This document shows, in pieces, positions 11,613-24,262 of a stretch of DNA of 64,000 bases (position 1 is its first letter; the number at the start of each line of letters is the position of its first letter). Origin of the DNA: Naegleria gruberi. Taxonomy: Eukaryota. Both the position numbers and the translations under genes were made by a program. Location: NCBI GenBank assembly GCA_000004985.1, contig GG738894.1. One strand, 5' to 3'. Under the pieces are notes generated by a model. It worked only from the letters and a program-made list of their open reading frames with translations. It made no database searches and had not been told where the DNA came from.

Positions 11613-12512
11613 TTATTGAATGAATCTATTCAAGGTACGATAAAGCCAATATTCAACCAATGAAGTTGTACATTGAGGTAAAGTCAAGATGGCACTCTTA
11701 ACATAGGTTGACAAGTAGTGATCCTTCTTTGGCTTACTCTTCAACAAGAGTTGCTTGGAATAAATTTCAAGTGGTAAACAAGCCAAACGACCAACAACCA
11801 TTCCAAGAGTTTCAACAAGTACTTCCTTAGCTCTATGATCTGAAGAATCATGATTATTGACAGCTTCATCACTAACATTACCCAGACTTGCATCATTTCC
11901 CAATATCATTTGACTAATACCCAAACTAATTGAATGAACAAGGAATGAATGAGCTACATGAATTGCAAAACCTTGCCAATAAGTGGTATTATCACCATCT
12001 TCAACCTTAATCACTTCACATGAACGACCTCTCTTTGTAACTAATCTACTCTCCTGATCCAACAAGATGTAGTACAATGGGAATGTTGAGGCAGAAATGA
12101 TGGCATGTTCCAATGGTTTATATGAAGACAAAGGTACCCAAGTTTGTCTATTCATCAAGGATGTGAAAAAGATGTGACCCAATTGATACAAGACCAACTT
12201 ATTCATCAATGGTCTTTCAAAGTATTGAGACAAACGTTTCTGGAATGTGGAGGATTGAGATGCTTCCTCATCCTCACGATCTGGTGTATCACTTATGGCT
12301 ATGAGAGTCTTTTGGACACTGAATGGAGCATACAAGGCAATACGAGAGAGTGAGAGGGAGAATACTCCCATACCACCATGTTTGATAACCTTGTAGAGTT
12401 TGTTATTGGAGCCGTGTGAGGTGCTCAATGTCTTGCCATGGACAACAACTTCAGGTGGAGAAGTGATGGTTGTACGAGTGGTTGTGGTGGTAATTCTTGT
12501 TTGTTCGACCAT
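11613..12512 (-). CDS. Degenerate mitochondrial-carrier-like protein (SLC25A46/MTCH/Ugo1-style), 299 aa.
   Basis: Three weak ~100-aa repeats, each holding a degenerate P-x-[DE]-x-x-[KR] carrier signature: APFSVQKTLIA, TFPLYYILLDQESR and CLPLEIYSKQLLLK. Hydrophobic helix pairs. Family call from pattern only. Confidence 0.45.
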   Translation of the reverse strand: MVEQTRITTTTTRTTITSPPEVVVHGKTLSTSHGSNNKLYKVIKHGGMGVFSLSLSRIALYAPFSVQKTLIAISDTPDREDEEASQSSTFQKRLSQYFERPLMNKLVLYQLGHIFFTSLMNRQTWVPLSSYKPLEHAIISASTFPLYYILLDQESRLVTKRGRSCEVIKVEDGDNTTYWQGFAIHVAHSFLVHSISLGISQMILGNDASLGNVSDEAVNNHDSSDHRAKEVLVETLGMVVGRLACLPLEIYSKQLLLKSKPKKDHYLSTYVKSAILTLPQCTTSLVEYWLYRTLNRFIQ

Positions 12513-12966
12513 TCTCTCTTGTTTGTTTACTACTATTAGTTAAATTGTAATCAATGATGAATCTAAAGAATTGTTTGTTATCAATGTGACGATGACCAAT
12601 GTAATCAGAAAAGTGTAATTATGCTGATGAACTTGTTCCGAGATGCTGATGATCAAGTGATGAATTTTTTAATAGATTGGTTTCAGTTGGAGAAGGATTA
12701 CTTTTGCAGCTTCTTCTTAAAGCAAACAACCAAAAGAATTAATTATCTTTAAAGAGAATTACTCTAAAAGATTATTTTCAATTCAATCAATATTCGACAC
12801 AGGGATATAATAACTGTCGTAATCACATTGAACAATAGCTTAATCGGAGATTGTAAGCTTGGACATGAACGTAAAAGAAAATGATTGTTATTAGTAATTG
12901 AACAGATAAAGAACTTTCAAATTAAAATAAGTTTTTTTGTTTATATATTTAAATCAGATTGGGCAC

Positions 12967-13743
12967 TTATTGATCCATACCCCATTCAGCAGTTTGACCA
13001 CCTTCACCTTCGTATTCTTCAGCTTCTTCAGTAGTTTCAGCAGCAACAACAGCTTGAACCTTGGTTTCTTGAGATTCCTTAGCTTCTCTTTCTTCCTTCT
13101 TTTCATCGAGATCTCTGTGCAAGAACAAGTCTGGCTTGACATCCCATTCCTTCTTTCTGGAGACAACACCCTTCAATCTCAAAACTTCTCTAGCCAACAT
13201 CCAGTACATCAAAGCAATGGAGTTCTTGTTCTTGTTATTGACTGGGATAGCAATATCGACGAACTTGAGTGGAGAATCAGTATCAGCGAAAGCAATAACT
13301 GGAATGTTAGCCTTGGAAGCTTCCTTGATAGCTTGATAATCGCTTCTTGGGTCAGAAACGATCAAGACTCTTGGTTCCATGAACTTAGCTTGGACTTGAT
13401 TGGTGAAAGTACCTGGAGTGAATTTACCAGCCAAATAGTTAGCACCAGTGTAAGAACCGAACTTGAGGACAGCTCTATGACCGTATTGCTTGCTTGAGAT
13501 AGCACAGATATCCTTTGGATTTTCAATGGTAACAAGGACTCTAGCAGCGAGCAACAACTTTTCGTGGGTCTTAGCAACGTTGATGACGTGAGTACCGTCC
13601 TTTTGGGATCTACCGTGGACATACTTTTGCATATCAGTTTCCAAATTCTTGGTACCCTTGTGGCATTCACAAGCCAACATTTGTTGGACATCAGTTGGAG
13701 TCAAGTCCAAGATGTTACTCTTTGCGTTCTTGGTCAAGGACAT
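12967..13743 (-). CDS. RPSA: 40S ribosomal protein SA (uS2, p40/laminin-receptor), single exon, 258 aa.
   Basis: High identity to human RPSA along the whole length (…[34 protein letters not shown]...[10 protein letters not shown]...[43 protein letters not shown]...[14 protein letters not shown]...). Acidic C-terminal tail. Confidence 0.95.
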   Translation of the reverse strand: MSLTKNAKSNILDLTPTDVQQMLACECHKGTKNLETDMQKYVHGRSQKDGTHVINVAKTHEKLLLAARVLVTIENPKDICAISSKQYGHRAVLKFGSYTGANYLAGKFTPGTFTNQVQAKFMEPRVLIVSDPRSDYQAIKEASKANIPVIAFADTDSPLKFVDIAIPVNNKNKNSIALMYWMLAREVLRLKGVVSRKKEWDVKPDLFLHRDLDEKKEEREAKESQETKVQAVVAAETTEEAEEYEGEGGQTAEWGMDQ

Positions 13744-14516
13744 TTCTATGAGAGTTAAAACACTTTATTCAATGGTCGAGATAACTTACTGTAAGAGCTT
13801 GATTATTTTTTTTTCAACAAGTTTTTTAATTTTTTGGGGTTGAGTATGTTTTACAATGAAAACTCTGCTGATGCATTTTTACCACTCAAAAGCTTCTCTA
13901 AGCAACTAAAAATTCTTAAAGCCAAAACAACAACAGAATTTGAAGCCTTCATATCAGAGTAAATGGATCAACAAAATGTAATCATTACATTGGTAGTGAT
14001 TTATTGAACATCAATAATAATTTCATCATCATGAATAGTAATTTTTAATCTCATCACCCATGTTCCAACAACAATAATCATAAAAACACGGAAAGGAGAA
14101 CAAAATATGAAATTAATTGATTGATTGGGAATTAATACTTATTCATCATCATTATTCATCATTAGACAATCAATTATTATTATTATTATCGGAATAATTC
14201 AGATCGTCTCAACTCATCAATACGTTTTCTCTGGATACAAAACCTCAACAGAAACAAGTAATAGAAATTGAATAACAAAATATTCATTGCACAATGAATC
14301 AAAACAATCATCATCTAGAGACAAATTGAGTGAAATCCATGTCATCTCAAAACCATCAGTGGAAGGAAATTTCGCTTCAACCCCAATGCACTACCAACAA
14401 ATTTTGGAAATTTTCTAATTCAATTCCCCACAATACATTATTCGAAATGAATCATCACCAAGGCAACATATTGAGGCACAATCACATTCTTCTCTTCATT
14501 TACTTTTTCAAACAAA

Positions 14517-16334
14517 ATGTTTCAACAGACTCCTCACGATCAACAGAGCAAGAATTGTTACCCATTACTTGTACCAGGTAACGCCAAAAAGAATAGTTTA
14601 CAACACCAGCAATTAGGTGGTTCAAATGGTTCATCCTCTTCATCAACAACTACAAATATTGGCGCCTCAACTGCCAAATCAATTGGCATGCACACTAATG
14701 AAAAGATTTCAAATCAAAGTTTTGGAATGGATCATGTTTCTAACAATGGTAGCAGTAGTAATATTATTGGTGGTGTTTCTTCTACAATGCCACGTGGTAA
14801 CAGTGGCATGAATACTGCTCAATCCTCATATACATCTACCACCCCATTCAATCAAGAAACACTTCCAAGACCCATTGCAACTTTTGAGAAAACAGCACCA
14901 ATCAATTTGAGAGAATTTACTAATGTGGGTGGATACCCATTAGGTCCAAGCAATATGAACCCGTCATCTTTAAGAAATGCATCATCAACAGCTTCCACCA
15001 ATTTATTGAGTAATCTATCCACAACAATACCATCAGCTCCAAGCACTATGGGAAACGCCATCATTTCAATTCCTCCTCAACAAGAGCAACAACAAAATCG
15101 CCAACCAGAACACAATTCTGAACATGGTCCAAAATTGCATTTCTGTAAGAAGCAACTCAAAGAACAAACATGTGCAGAGTTGCATTCAGAGCCAGAATTC
15201 AGAGTCAATGACAAGACCAAACATCCACCTAACACCTTATTCAATGTATCAATTAAGGATGTCTTGACAATTACTGGCTATTTCCTCAATGATTGCGAAA
15301 TGTTCCTTCGATTGGATAATGGATCACAACATGGCTCACCTGTGGGAAGTTGTTTTTTCAAACCAACTACCATGGTGGGTGACAGCTCTAATAGATTATT
15401 TCGTGCCAAAATTGATATCCCTCCATCCCTCAATACAAAAAAGGGAAATACATCCTCTCGTGTTGGTTTTGTAGAGATTTATGATTCGAATAATAAGATG
15501 ATTGCTGTGAGTGATAAGGTAAGGTTTTTATTTTCGACTTGTTCTCTTATTAATACTATTTCACACATTTTGATCACTATTTAACAACAGTTTTGGATAA
15601 GAAGTAGATCGAGAAATCAAATGATCAAAGATGAATCCACAAAGAAGAGAATTCGAATGAACCAGAAGGGTGAAAGTCAAAAGCAACAAAAGGTTTTCCA
15701 CGACTATTCACCAACCTCACCACAATCAGAAACCAATTCCAATCCAGAAAATCAAGAGGAAGAGCTGATTGAGAATGTTCCATCATCAAAGAAGGTACTG
15801 GCATCAGTCCCTCAACTCCAACATCCAGGTCAGTATGCTAATCCCCTATCGGGCGCCCCATCTACTGCACTTGTACAAGCAGGACTTGGTGGCATAGGAT
15901 TTAATTATGATCAAAGAAAGCAATCAATTGCACCTCCTATGACTTCCTTCTCCACTGCCACCACTAGTTTATTACAACAGCAACAACAGGTGGCCAATGA
16001 TTTTTCACTTGGAAATATGACAGATTTTTGGAACACTGCAAGAAACACCACACCAGATTTTCCACAAAATTCTTCCTTCAGTTTTCTTGATAGAGAAATG
16101 AGTAATGCAAGCAATAGTAGAGCTCCAACCACCTCCAACTTACTTACACCTTCCTCTTGGGCCTCGAGCAATAGTCAACAAGGAGAGCCATTGAAAACAT
16201 TGGAAAATCTCGTCAAAAATCAACAACAGAGAATTGAAGAATTGAGTTGTCTCATCGCCAACAATGCAAAACTCATTCACACACTACAAATGCACGTTCT
16301 TTCACTTACCAACCCAATAAACAGTGAACCTTAA
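14517..16334 (+). CDS. N/Q/S-rich putative nuclear protein with a conserved beta-rich central domain (possible DNA-binding). Two exons: 14517-15518 and 15591-16334.
   Basis: Intron GTAAGG(15519)...TAACAACAG(15590), 72 nt, both exons in frame 0. Join ...KMIAVSDK|FWIRSRSRNQMIKDESTKKRIRMNQK.... Poly-Q/poly-S tracts. Basic stretch KKRIRMNQK looks NLS-like. Confidence 0.55.
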
Positions 16335-16831
16335 CACAAGAGAACATGCAACCCAACCGTAACAACTGTAAAATAAAACACCTTTTAAAAAGCGGCCCCG
16401 CATAACTGTGGAGTAAAATCCACTCACCGTAGGATGTACAAATTGTTAATTCGTTACTGCATTCCCAAAGTCTCTCCTACCAACTCCGTAATTTTTCAAG
16501 TTACAACTCCCACTATTTCATCTATGATAAACTCCTTTTGGCTTGATACCCCCAACGCGAATAGAATTAAAACATTGAAATTCTCCAACTAACTCTCACA
16601 ATTTCAAAAAAAAACACACAAGCTTCCCGCCCAAGGAATCAAAACGAGAATCACATTACACTCTCAATTATTGGCAAAGAAGATACTACCAGTAAGAAGA
16701 AAATATCTTTTAAAAGTATCTGCTACAATCGAACAAGTTCAATAATTGCTTTTTGCATTGGGAACAATTAAATCCTCAAATTCTCCTTCCGATCAAAACT
16801 CCTAGATTTCTCCCAACAAACACTCATAAAC

Positions 16832-19024
16832 ATGATAAGGAAGAACTCTAATTTATCATCATCATCATCTTCATGGCTATGCATTAGCATGTTGATCATG
16901 ATGCTAACTCTCGTATTCACCTCTCAACATGTCCTCTCACTCATGAACACAACCACAGTTGTCAGTGGTGAATATCCTGCCTCTGTACAGACAGGCACGA
17001 TGAATATCTATTGGAAGTTCCATAATAAGGTTACAGGCTTGCTTCAAGATGACGATCTTATTGAAATTGCAATTGTTGCCAAGACAAAGGGTTGGTTGGC
17101 TATTGGTTTGGATTTTAACAAGACTGGTATGACACAAGCTGATTGTTACATTGGTTTTTATGATCAGACAAATTCAAGACCAGTTCTCTATGATTTTTGG
17201 TTACCTGGAAAGTCAATTCCAAAGAATGATTCACTTTTTTTAGGTCAAGATGACATTTTACAATTGACTGGTTCATTAAAAGATGGAACCACTACTTTGA
17301 AATTCTTGAGAAAGATTGATACTGGTGATATTCATGCTGATCACCCAATTAGAAATAGAACTATTGGTGTTAGTTATGCTTTCAATATTAACACAATTGA
17401 TGTCACTCAGAAACACACTACTCATGGCGATTTTTTCATTAATTTCGTCACACAAAAAGGTGCATTGAATTTGGCACCTGCTCCATTGATTCAATTCCAC
17501 ATTATTGCAACTGCATCTGTTGCCATTTTGATGGCTGCTATTGGTTTGTCTTATACTTTCATTTCAATGAAGGAGAAGAATCGTGTAATTAGTTTAGTTT
17601 TCCACACCAAGTTTACAGGTTTGATCAAGAACCCAATTCTCGGTTCCATTTTCAATCCAATTTTGGAGTTGACCATTGGTGAAATTACTCTCATCTTGTT
17701 CCATCTCATGCTTACTGCTGTGTGGTTCTGTTTTGGATTTTTCAACAGTACTTCAGCAAACGTTGGTAAAGGATTTGCCTATGCCATTATTATCAATTTG
17801 ACTGCTACCATCTTGCCAATTACTAGATATTCTGCATTTGTCTTTGTTTTTGGTATTTCATTTGAAAGAGCTGTCAAGTATCACAAATGGGTTGCTAGAT
17901 TAACTCTTCTTATTGCTACTATTCACGGTATTTTGATGACTGTTCACTTGGCAGACAATGGAAGTCTTGGTAACATTCTTACTGCATCAGCAAATGATTA
18001 CATCTTATTTGGATTAATTGCTTGGATTGCCATGGTCATTATGACTATCTTTGCTTTGGAACCAATTCGTAGAAAGTTCTGGGAATTGTTCAAGGTAATT
18101 CACATTATTCTTGCCCCAGTTGTCCTCGTCATGTCTTCAATCCACGCCAAAGGTTGGGAAAGAACTCTCCCAGTTCTTGGTATTGCCATGGGTTTATTAG
18201 TTATTGATCATTTGCTCAGAATTATCTTTGGTTATATCATGCCAACTAAGGTTATCAAGATGGAATATGAGGAAAAGACTGGAATTACTACAATGGTATT
18301 TGAAAAGCCAACTATTAGTATGTGGTATATGGAAAGTTTGGGAATGGGCAAGTTTGTCTATGTCTACATTCCAGGTGTTAGTTTCTTCCAATCTCATCCA
18401 TTCACTATCAGTAGTTATTCTAAATTAGATAGTTCTATTGAATTCACATGTCATGTTAAGAATTTAGGAAGGGGTTGGACAAAGAAATTGGCAGATTTTG
18501 CCATGAAGAGAAAATACTCTGCTGCCTCAATCTTTGCCAGAGTTGAAGGTCCATACGGTAAATTATCAGTTGATTTGAATACCTATTCTACTGTTGTATT
18601 GATTGCTGGTGGTATTGGTGTTACTCCAATTAATGCAATCTACAATGAAATTACAAGTAATAAGGTTAATGCTTCCAAGCAAAATATCTATGTTTTGTGG
18701 ACCATGAAGGATGAACACATGATACAATTATTCCCTAATTTGACTCAACCATCTTCTCAAGTCAAACAAAGCTTTTATATTACTGGTGAAAATCATAAGC
18801 AAGTTAACGAATCAGATACCAGCTATCAATATCATTACAATATGAGACCAAACTTTGGTAAATTCTTCCACATGGTTTCTGAAACTGTTGGATCAGATAA
18901 TAGTGTTGCTGTAGTTGTTTGTGGACCAACTCAAATGAATGTTGATGTTTATAATGCTGCAAGAAGAGTTGGAAGGGAAGAGAGAGTTAATTTCCATGTT
19001 CACAGAGAAACCTTTGAATTGTAA
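16832..19024 (+). CDS. DOMON-domain ferric reductase / NADPH-oxidase family membrane protein, single exon, 730 aa.
   Basis: Signal peptide. DOMON/DoH pattern (…IYWKF.....L..DDLIEIAIVAKTKGWLAIGLDFNKTGMTQADCYIGFYD...LKFLRKIDTGDIHADHPI...). Ferric_reduct 6-TM core with conserved His pairs (HKWVARLTLLIATIHGILM). FAD motif HPFTISS. NAD(P)-binding VLIAGGIGVTPINAI. C-terminal VVVCGPTQM. Confidence 0.85.
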   Translation: MIRKNSNLSSSSSSWLCISMLIMMLTLVFTSQHVLSLMNTTTVVSGEYPASVQTGTMNIYWKFHNKVTGLLQDDDLIEIAIVAKTKGWLAIGLDFNKTGMTQADCYIGFYDQTNSRPVLYDFWLPGKSIPKNDSLFLGQDDILQLTGSLKDGTTTLKFLRKIDTGDIHADHPIRNRTIGVSYAFNINTIDVTQKHTTHGDFFINFVTQKGALNLAPAPLIQFHIIATASVAILMAAIGLSYTFISMKEKNRVISLVFHTKFTGLIKNPILGSIFNPILELTIGEITLILFHLMLTAVWFCFGFFNSTSANVGKGFAYAIIINLTATILPITRYSAFVFVFGISFERAVKYHKWVARLTLLIATIHGILMTVHLADNGSLGNILTASANDYILFGLIAWIAMVIMTIFALEPIRRKFWELFKVIHIILAPVVLVMSSIHAKGWERTLPVLGIAMGLLVIDHLLRIIFGYIMPTKVIKMEYEEKTGITTMVFEKPTISMWYMESLGMGKFVYVYIPGVSFFQSHPFTISSYSKLDSSIEFTCHVKNLGRGWTKKLADFAMKRKYSAASIFARVEGPYGKLSVDLNTYSTVVLIAGGIGVTPINAIYNEITSNKVNASKQNIYVLWTMKDEHMIQLFPNLTQPSSQVKQSFYITGENHKQVNESDTSYQYHYNMRPNFGKFFHMVSETVGSDNSVAVVVCGPTQMNVDVYNAARRVGREERVNFHVHRETFEL

Positions 19025-19082
19025 AAAGTCTTTCAACTTGAAATAAATTCCTATTTTATTCGAATACGAATGATTTATTTTT

Positions 19083-22000
19083 TTACCAATAGGCAGTAGT
19101 TACAGAGCTTACCATGACAGGATAACCAATTGGCACGTCCATACATGAATTGCAAATATTTCTCAATGTATAGGTCATGTTCTGAATGGATCCTCTTTCA
19201 GCTTCCTCAACACCCAAATATAAAAGTTCGTGTTGTTGAGAGGACCACAGGGCTCTGACACCCTCTCTATTCATCTTGACAATATTAAACTCGATATCTC
19301 TCATAGACAACATGAGAATATAATAATCAACACCACCCTTATCCTGAACCTTCTTACGAAGAGAGAATAATTCTGCAGCTTCCTCAGCCATAATACTTTC
19401 TCTCCATTTTGGATCTGATTCGTGTGTAATGACCATATCATACTTGATAAGGGTAGAGACAACATCTGGCAGATCTACATCTTCAGCTGCGAACTTGGAT
19501 TGATACAATGATAGAGACATACCAATAGCTGGCTTGATACAATGATCAAGAATGGACAAATCTCCAAAGACCCATTCATCATTGGTACTTGTAATTCTGT
19601 AATCACCAACAAACAATTGGTGAACTTTTTGAATGAAAGTTCTCAATGAATTGGCAGAGTTGCTTCCATCGAATGAGGCAAGAGCTCTTCTGGCTGTCAA
19701 ACTGGCAAGATAGGCCAATTTTTGAATATTGAGCTTCTTATTTTCATCATAATTACTATTCTTCTCCTTCATTCTCTCATCAATAAAGTAATCAATGAAA
19801 GGTGTATAGATTTGGACAAACTTTTTAAACGAAACACCTCCCAAACCAATTTCTGTGTCATAATCTGGATCAAACTTTTCAGAAAACATTGGATCAAAAT
19901 CTGCCTTTCTATCAGTAATTCTAGTGAAAGCTTCAAGGAATGGGGAAGCATCACCAATCCAAGAATCCAATTGTTGAGCATGAATAACATAGAATAGAAC
20001 TGCTCTCACATAGAGAACAATCACTTCCTTTCTTTCATCATTGGAAGACATTAAATTTTCAACCTTATTTTCCAACATGTTATAGGTCCTCAATTTGACT
20101 CCAGTTTGAATAACTTGCCAAGTGTGCATTCTCAATGTGATCATATCCTTGGCAGAGAGAAGGGAAACCTTTGGAGCTCCTGGGAAGCAAGGCTCCTCAC
20201 ATGCAGAAAATCCAGGCATTCCCTCTTGATCTCTATTGATACGAGAGAGAATGGCACGTTGTTCTTCTTCCTGACAAATTGTTCCCTTAAATTCGAGACC
20301 TCTAATTTGATAGGACACTACACCATTACCAACTTCAATAATGTGAACAATGGCTGTCAAGTTATCATTAATAAACATGAAAATATCACCTTGTTCAAAT
20401 GGTCCTAATTGTCCCTTTCTCATAATTTCAGACATTCTAGTTCTGAGAGCATTGACCAAATGTTCATAAAAGATGGAATTCAAATTGTTGGTAGTATGTT
20501 GATCCATGGCACCTCCACCAAGTGTTTGACCAAGAGTTTGATTAGAAACATCTCTTCTCTTGGATCTATAGTCCTTCTCCCAGAATTTGGCTCCTCTACT
20601 ATAGCCCAGGAACCACAATGCACCACCAATTAAAGGATACATTGGTGAATTGGAAAGAACTGAATAAATTAATTGGACAAAGAAGAATTGTGAGAATGGA
20701 ATACCTAGAGGTTGCATTACAATGTGGAATCCTGATGCCCAAGAAAGAGGAGTACTGTAAACAATGATAAAACCTAGTTTGAGGAAAATTTCCTTGAACT
20801 TTTGCATCACATAGGTAAAAACGAAAAAGTCAACCAATAAACCCTCTGAAATATTTGCAGCATCAACATGTGAAATAAGTACACTGAAGAAGAGAGCTGT
20901 AGTCAATCTACTTGGTTCAGCAAATGCACATCTAATGAGTTTGATGCCACAAATTGAAGCAATGGTGACAGAAATACCTGGCTTACATTTGGTATTCAAA
21001 TGGAGAACAGTTGAAGAAATTCCAGAAATGATAATGACAATGTGGAAGATCAACTCAATCCATTGTATGAAATAGTAAACAATTTCATACCAAAGCCATT
21101 TCTTATCACCAATAAATTTGAATGATTTTTGATTGTTGGCCAAAATTGGATGTCTGAAAAATGTGAATGGATGATGTTTTGTTAAATGTGGATAAATATA
21201 ATATAACATGAATCCAATAAATACGTTGAGAGCTGTCAAAACATAGAGAAGGTATGGATTACCTCTCTGGAATGCGTCCCACAATTGTGGAATTAAAACA
21301 ATTACAAAAATACCCAAAGCAATTGCAAAATCAATTGCAATTCTGGTTATTGGATTAACTCCAGAAATGTTCAAATCCAACTCTTGAGTCTTTCTCTTTC
21401 TAATTTCATCCTTTGATTTGGCACTTCTCAATTTCTTTGGAATGTAATTGTCCCAATAACCTCCAAATATGTCCTCAATAATTGAGGTGTAGAATCTGTG
21501 ATTGGATGGCATTCTACTCAATAAAAATCCAGCAGAAACCAACACGGCGCTGAAAATGGCAGAATAATAATCGCTCTGCCAAGTTGCATTGAAGGCACTT
21601 GTGTATCCAACTCCAATCAGAGTACCAATTGCAATAATGGCTCCAATAATTTGAATGACAACTCCTGTCAATGCGACAGCACCACTTGCTCCAAACAAGT
21701 GCATGTTAATTTGTTCACAACAAACAAAAACAAATGTTGCTGTCTGTGGCAATACACCAAATAAGAAAATTACAGGGAAACACATAATTATATACAATGC
21801 AATATCTCTTGCAGAAATAAATATAATACCAAAATGCAAATTTACACCATAAATTACAACTCTGATTTTTTAAAAGAAGAATTAAATCATTAAGAAGAAT
21901 ATTCCAATAAATTTGACAATTTCAACTTACATTGGCTCTGGAACTCGTGTTAAAACTCCACAAATCAAGGCAATAGTTCCAAAAAATAATACATAAAAAG

Positions 22001-23198
22001 CACGAGAATAGACAGTTCCCTTTGAGTAGTGGAATGGAGAATTGGCTTCAGGTTGAGGACTCTTCAACATGGAGAAGTGAGCTTGAGCAAGGGCGAGAAT
22101 CATGAAAACAATGCTTGCCCAATTTCTGTCCAAGAGTGCCATCAATCTCAACCCCATCCAAGCAACACCAAAAGCCATAAGAGGAGAACCAATCAATTCA
22201 AGTTTAGGATAAGAATCTCTATCAAATAAATATTCTAAAGTTCTACGGTCAAAGAATAAATTATAAACTTTTCCAAACATGACAATTTTGTAATTGTCAT
22301 CCATAACAGCACTGCTATTACCTGCTACTGCTGCAGGAGTAGTCAATTGTTGTTGAGAAACATTCACTGGATTAATGGCAGAAGCAGGTGGTGCATCATT
22401 ACTCGATGAAGCACGATTTCCACTATTATCAGAAGAGGATGGATTGGACTTTCCTTCCTTCTCTTTCATAATTCTATTATATTCATCGACATTGACTGCC
22501 ATTTCATACGAATGAACTTCTCCAAACTCATCAACGTATTCAAAGATGGCTGTTCTCATCTCTGGTTGTCCAGAATTTTCATCAGATGGTCCATCATATT
22601 GTGGAATGGATGGTGAGCTAGCTGCTGATGTCGATGGTGATGATGCTGGTGAATTGACTCTTGGTGATTCAACAGATTCCTTCTCTTCCACAGTGACAAT
22701 GACATCATCTGTCGAAGCAACTCCTCCATCATTATTCACAACAGCAGCATCCTTACTAGTTGTCGTTGATGAGGATGATGACGAAGAGGAGGATGAGGAA
22801 TCTCCATCATTATTCTCTCCATTCATTGCTCCATTCTCCTGTTGCTTCTTTTCCACATCATCTTGAACAATGACTAAATTATTGTCATTGTCATTATGAG
22901 CAGCAGCAGAAGAACCATTGTTATTACTATGATCATTATGATATTCAATGGTAGGTTCATCAGCAATGATTGGTTTGCTTTCATCAACGTTACTTGATAA
23001 AACACTTGTATTCATATTTGGAGCATTGTCTGCCTTGTTGTTGTCATTGGTTGTTGGAATGTTTCTGCCGACTAATCCTTTGGAGTGAGTATCAAAGTAG
23101 TGATGAAAGTAGGAATTGAATGATTTGATGGAGAGGAAGAAGAGAAAGATGATGGAAGCATAGATAATCTCGGCAAATAGATTTCCAAAGCCAAATAC
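19083..23198 (-). CDS. Large polytopic membrane protein (>1200 aa), possibly pecanex-like. Exons 19083-21861 and 21931-23198+, plus at least one further 5' exon not resolved.
   Basis: Intron on minus strand GTAAGT (plus 21925-21930) to AG (plus 21862-21863), 69 nt. Join ...TRVPEP|IVVIYGVNLHFGIIFISA.... The reading frame stays open upstream of the first ATG (…GFGNLFAEIIYASIIFLFFLSIKSF...) to an AATTAG acceptor at ~23199-23205, so the true start lies further 5'. More than 12 predicted TM helices followed by a ~400-aa soluble C-terminal domain. The pecanex assignment rests on architecture only. Confidence 0.5.
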
Positions 23199-24262
23199 CT
23201 AATTATGTATATAATTAATATTTGTTGATGATGAAAATGATGATGATACAGGAAGGAAGAATATAGAGTTTGATTATTATCCATACACAATAGAGGGTAA
23301 TTGTTAAACAATTCGTCGTCAAATGATGAAAATTTTGTAGTACAAGACGAGTGGAGAATAATTTCGAATACAATTTGATGAAAATATTGATAGAAAGCAT
23401 GAACAATAAATGATCGGAATCAAAGGATCCATTCATGTTGTAAATTATCATTATCAATGATGATTCAGATCACAATTAAAATTCATGAACAAATGAATTT
23501 TAATAATTGTTGTTCAATTAGAGTTATTATTAATAGATGCATAATCAATAATGATGATGATATTAGTATAAATACAACAATATGATGATGGTGATGACTC
23601 CCAAAATTCATTTCAATCAACAACCTACCAATATGAAAAACAATGGAAATAATATAAAGAATGAATAAATTAGAAAATGGATCAGGTTCACAACAAAGTA
23701 TGCCGAATATTCATAGTACAATCCTCCTGTCAGAGTGTAGATGAATTGTCTCAGGAAGAATGCAAGTTGTGTCTTGACCATTTTTTATATGTGAATTGGA
23801 ACTTGTGAAGGAAGTTATGGCACTGAAGAATAACTTTGATGTTTGTCGTGGTTGTCAATTTGCGGATGTTTTAATTGGATAACCTTGTTTGTTTTTTAAA
23901 TAGTTGGTGGTGTTGTTTATTGATGAAAATTCAGTTCAAACATGAGAATGGATAACATGTCATAATGAGCAAATTAGATGATGAACAACATTGAAATTAT
24001 ATTGTTTGAAAGTGAGTTTTCACTTGGTCACCAAATTTCTCCAGTAACTTTAAATTAATTTGTATTTTATTATTTTGTGAATTTAAAACAATGAAATGTC
24101 AGTGAAAATTTTTGGAATTGAGGTCACTTATTAAGCATATCAAAATATTCACTTTATTTTGTAATTTAAATCAATCAGAAACAAATACATTCCTCATATT
24201 CAATCAGAATTCAACAAAAAATGACATCTCACCAGTACGACATTATCGACAAGGACAACAAC

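Noticed and set aside
12937-13497. 186-aa plus-strand ORF
   Set aside because: Entirely antisense to the highly conserved RPSA gene. It has a low-complexity hydrophobic translation and no start context, so it is a shadow ORF.
23072-23457. Two minus-strand ORFs of 79 and 80 aa
   Set aside because: Homopolymeric and low-complexity translations (IIIIFIINKY, HHHFHHQQ) in an AT-rich stretch. More likely intron or 5' region of the pecanex-like gene, whose frame is still open here.
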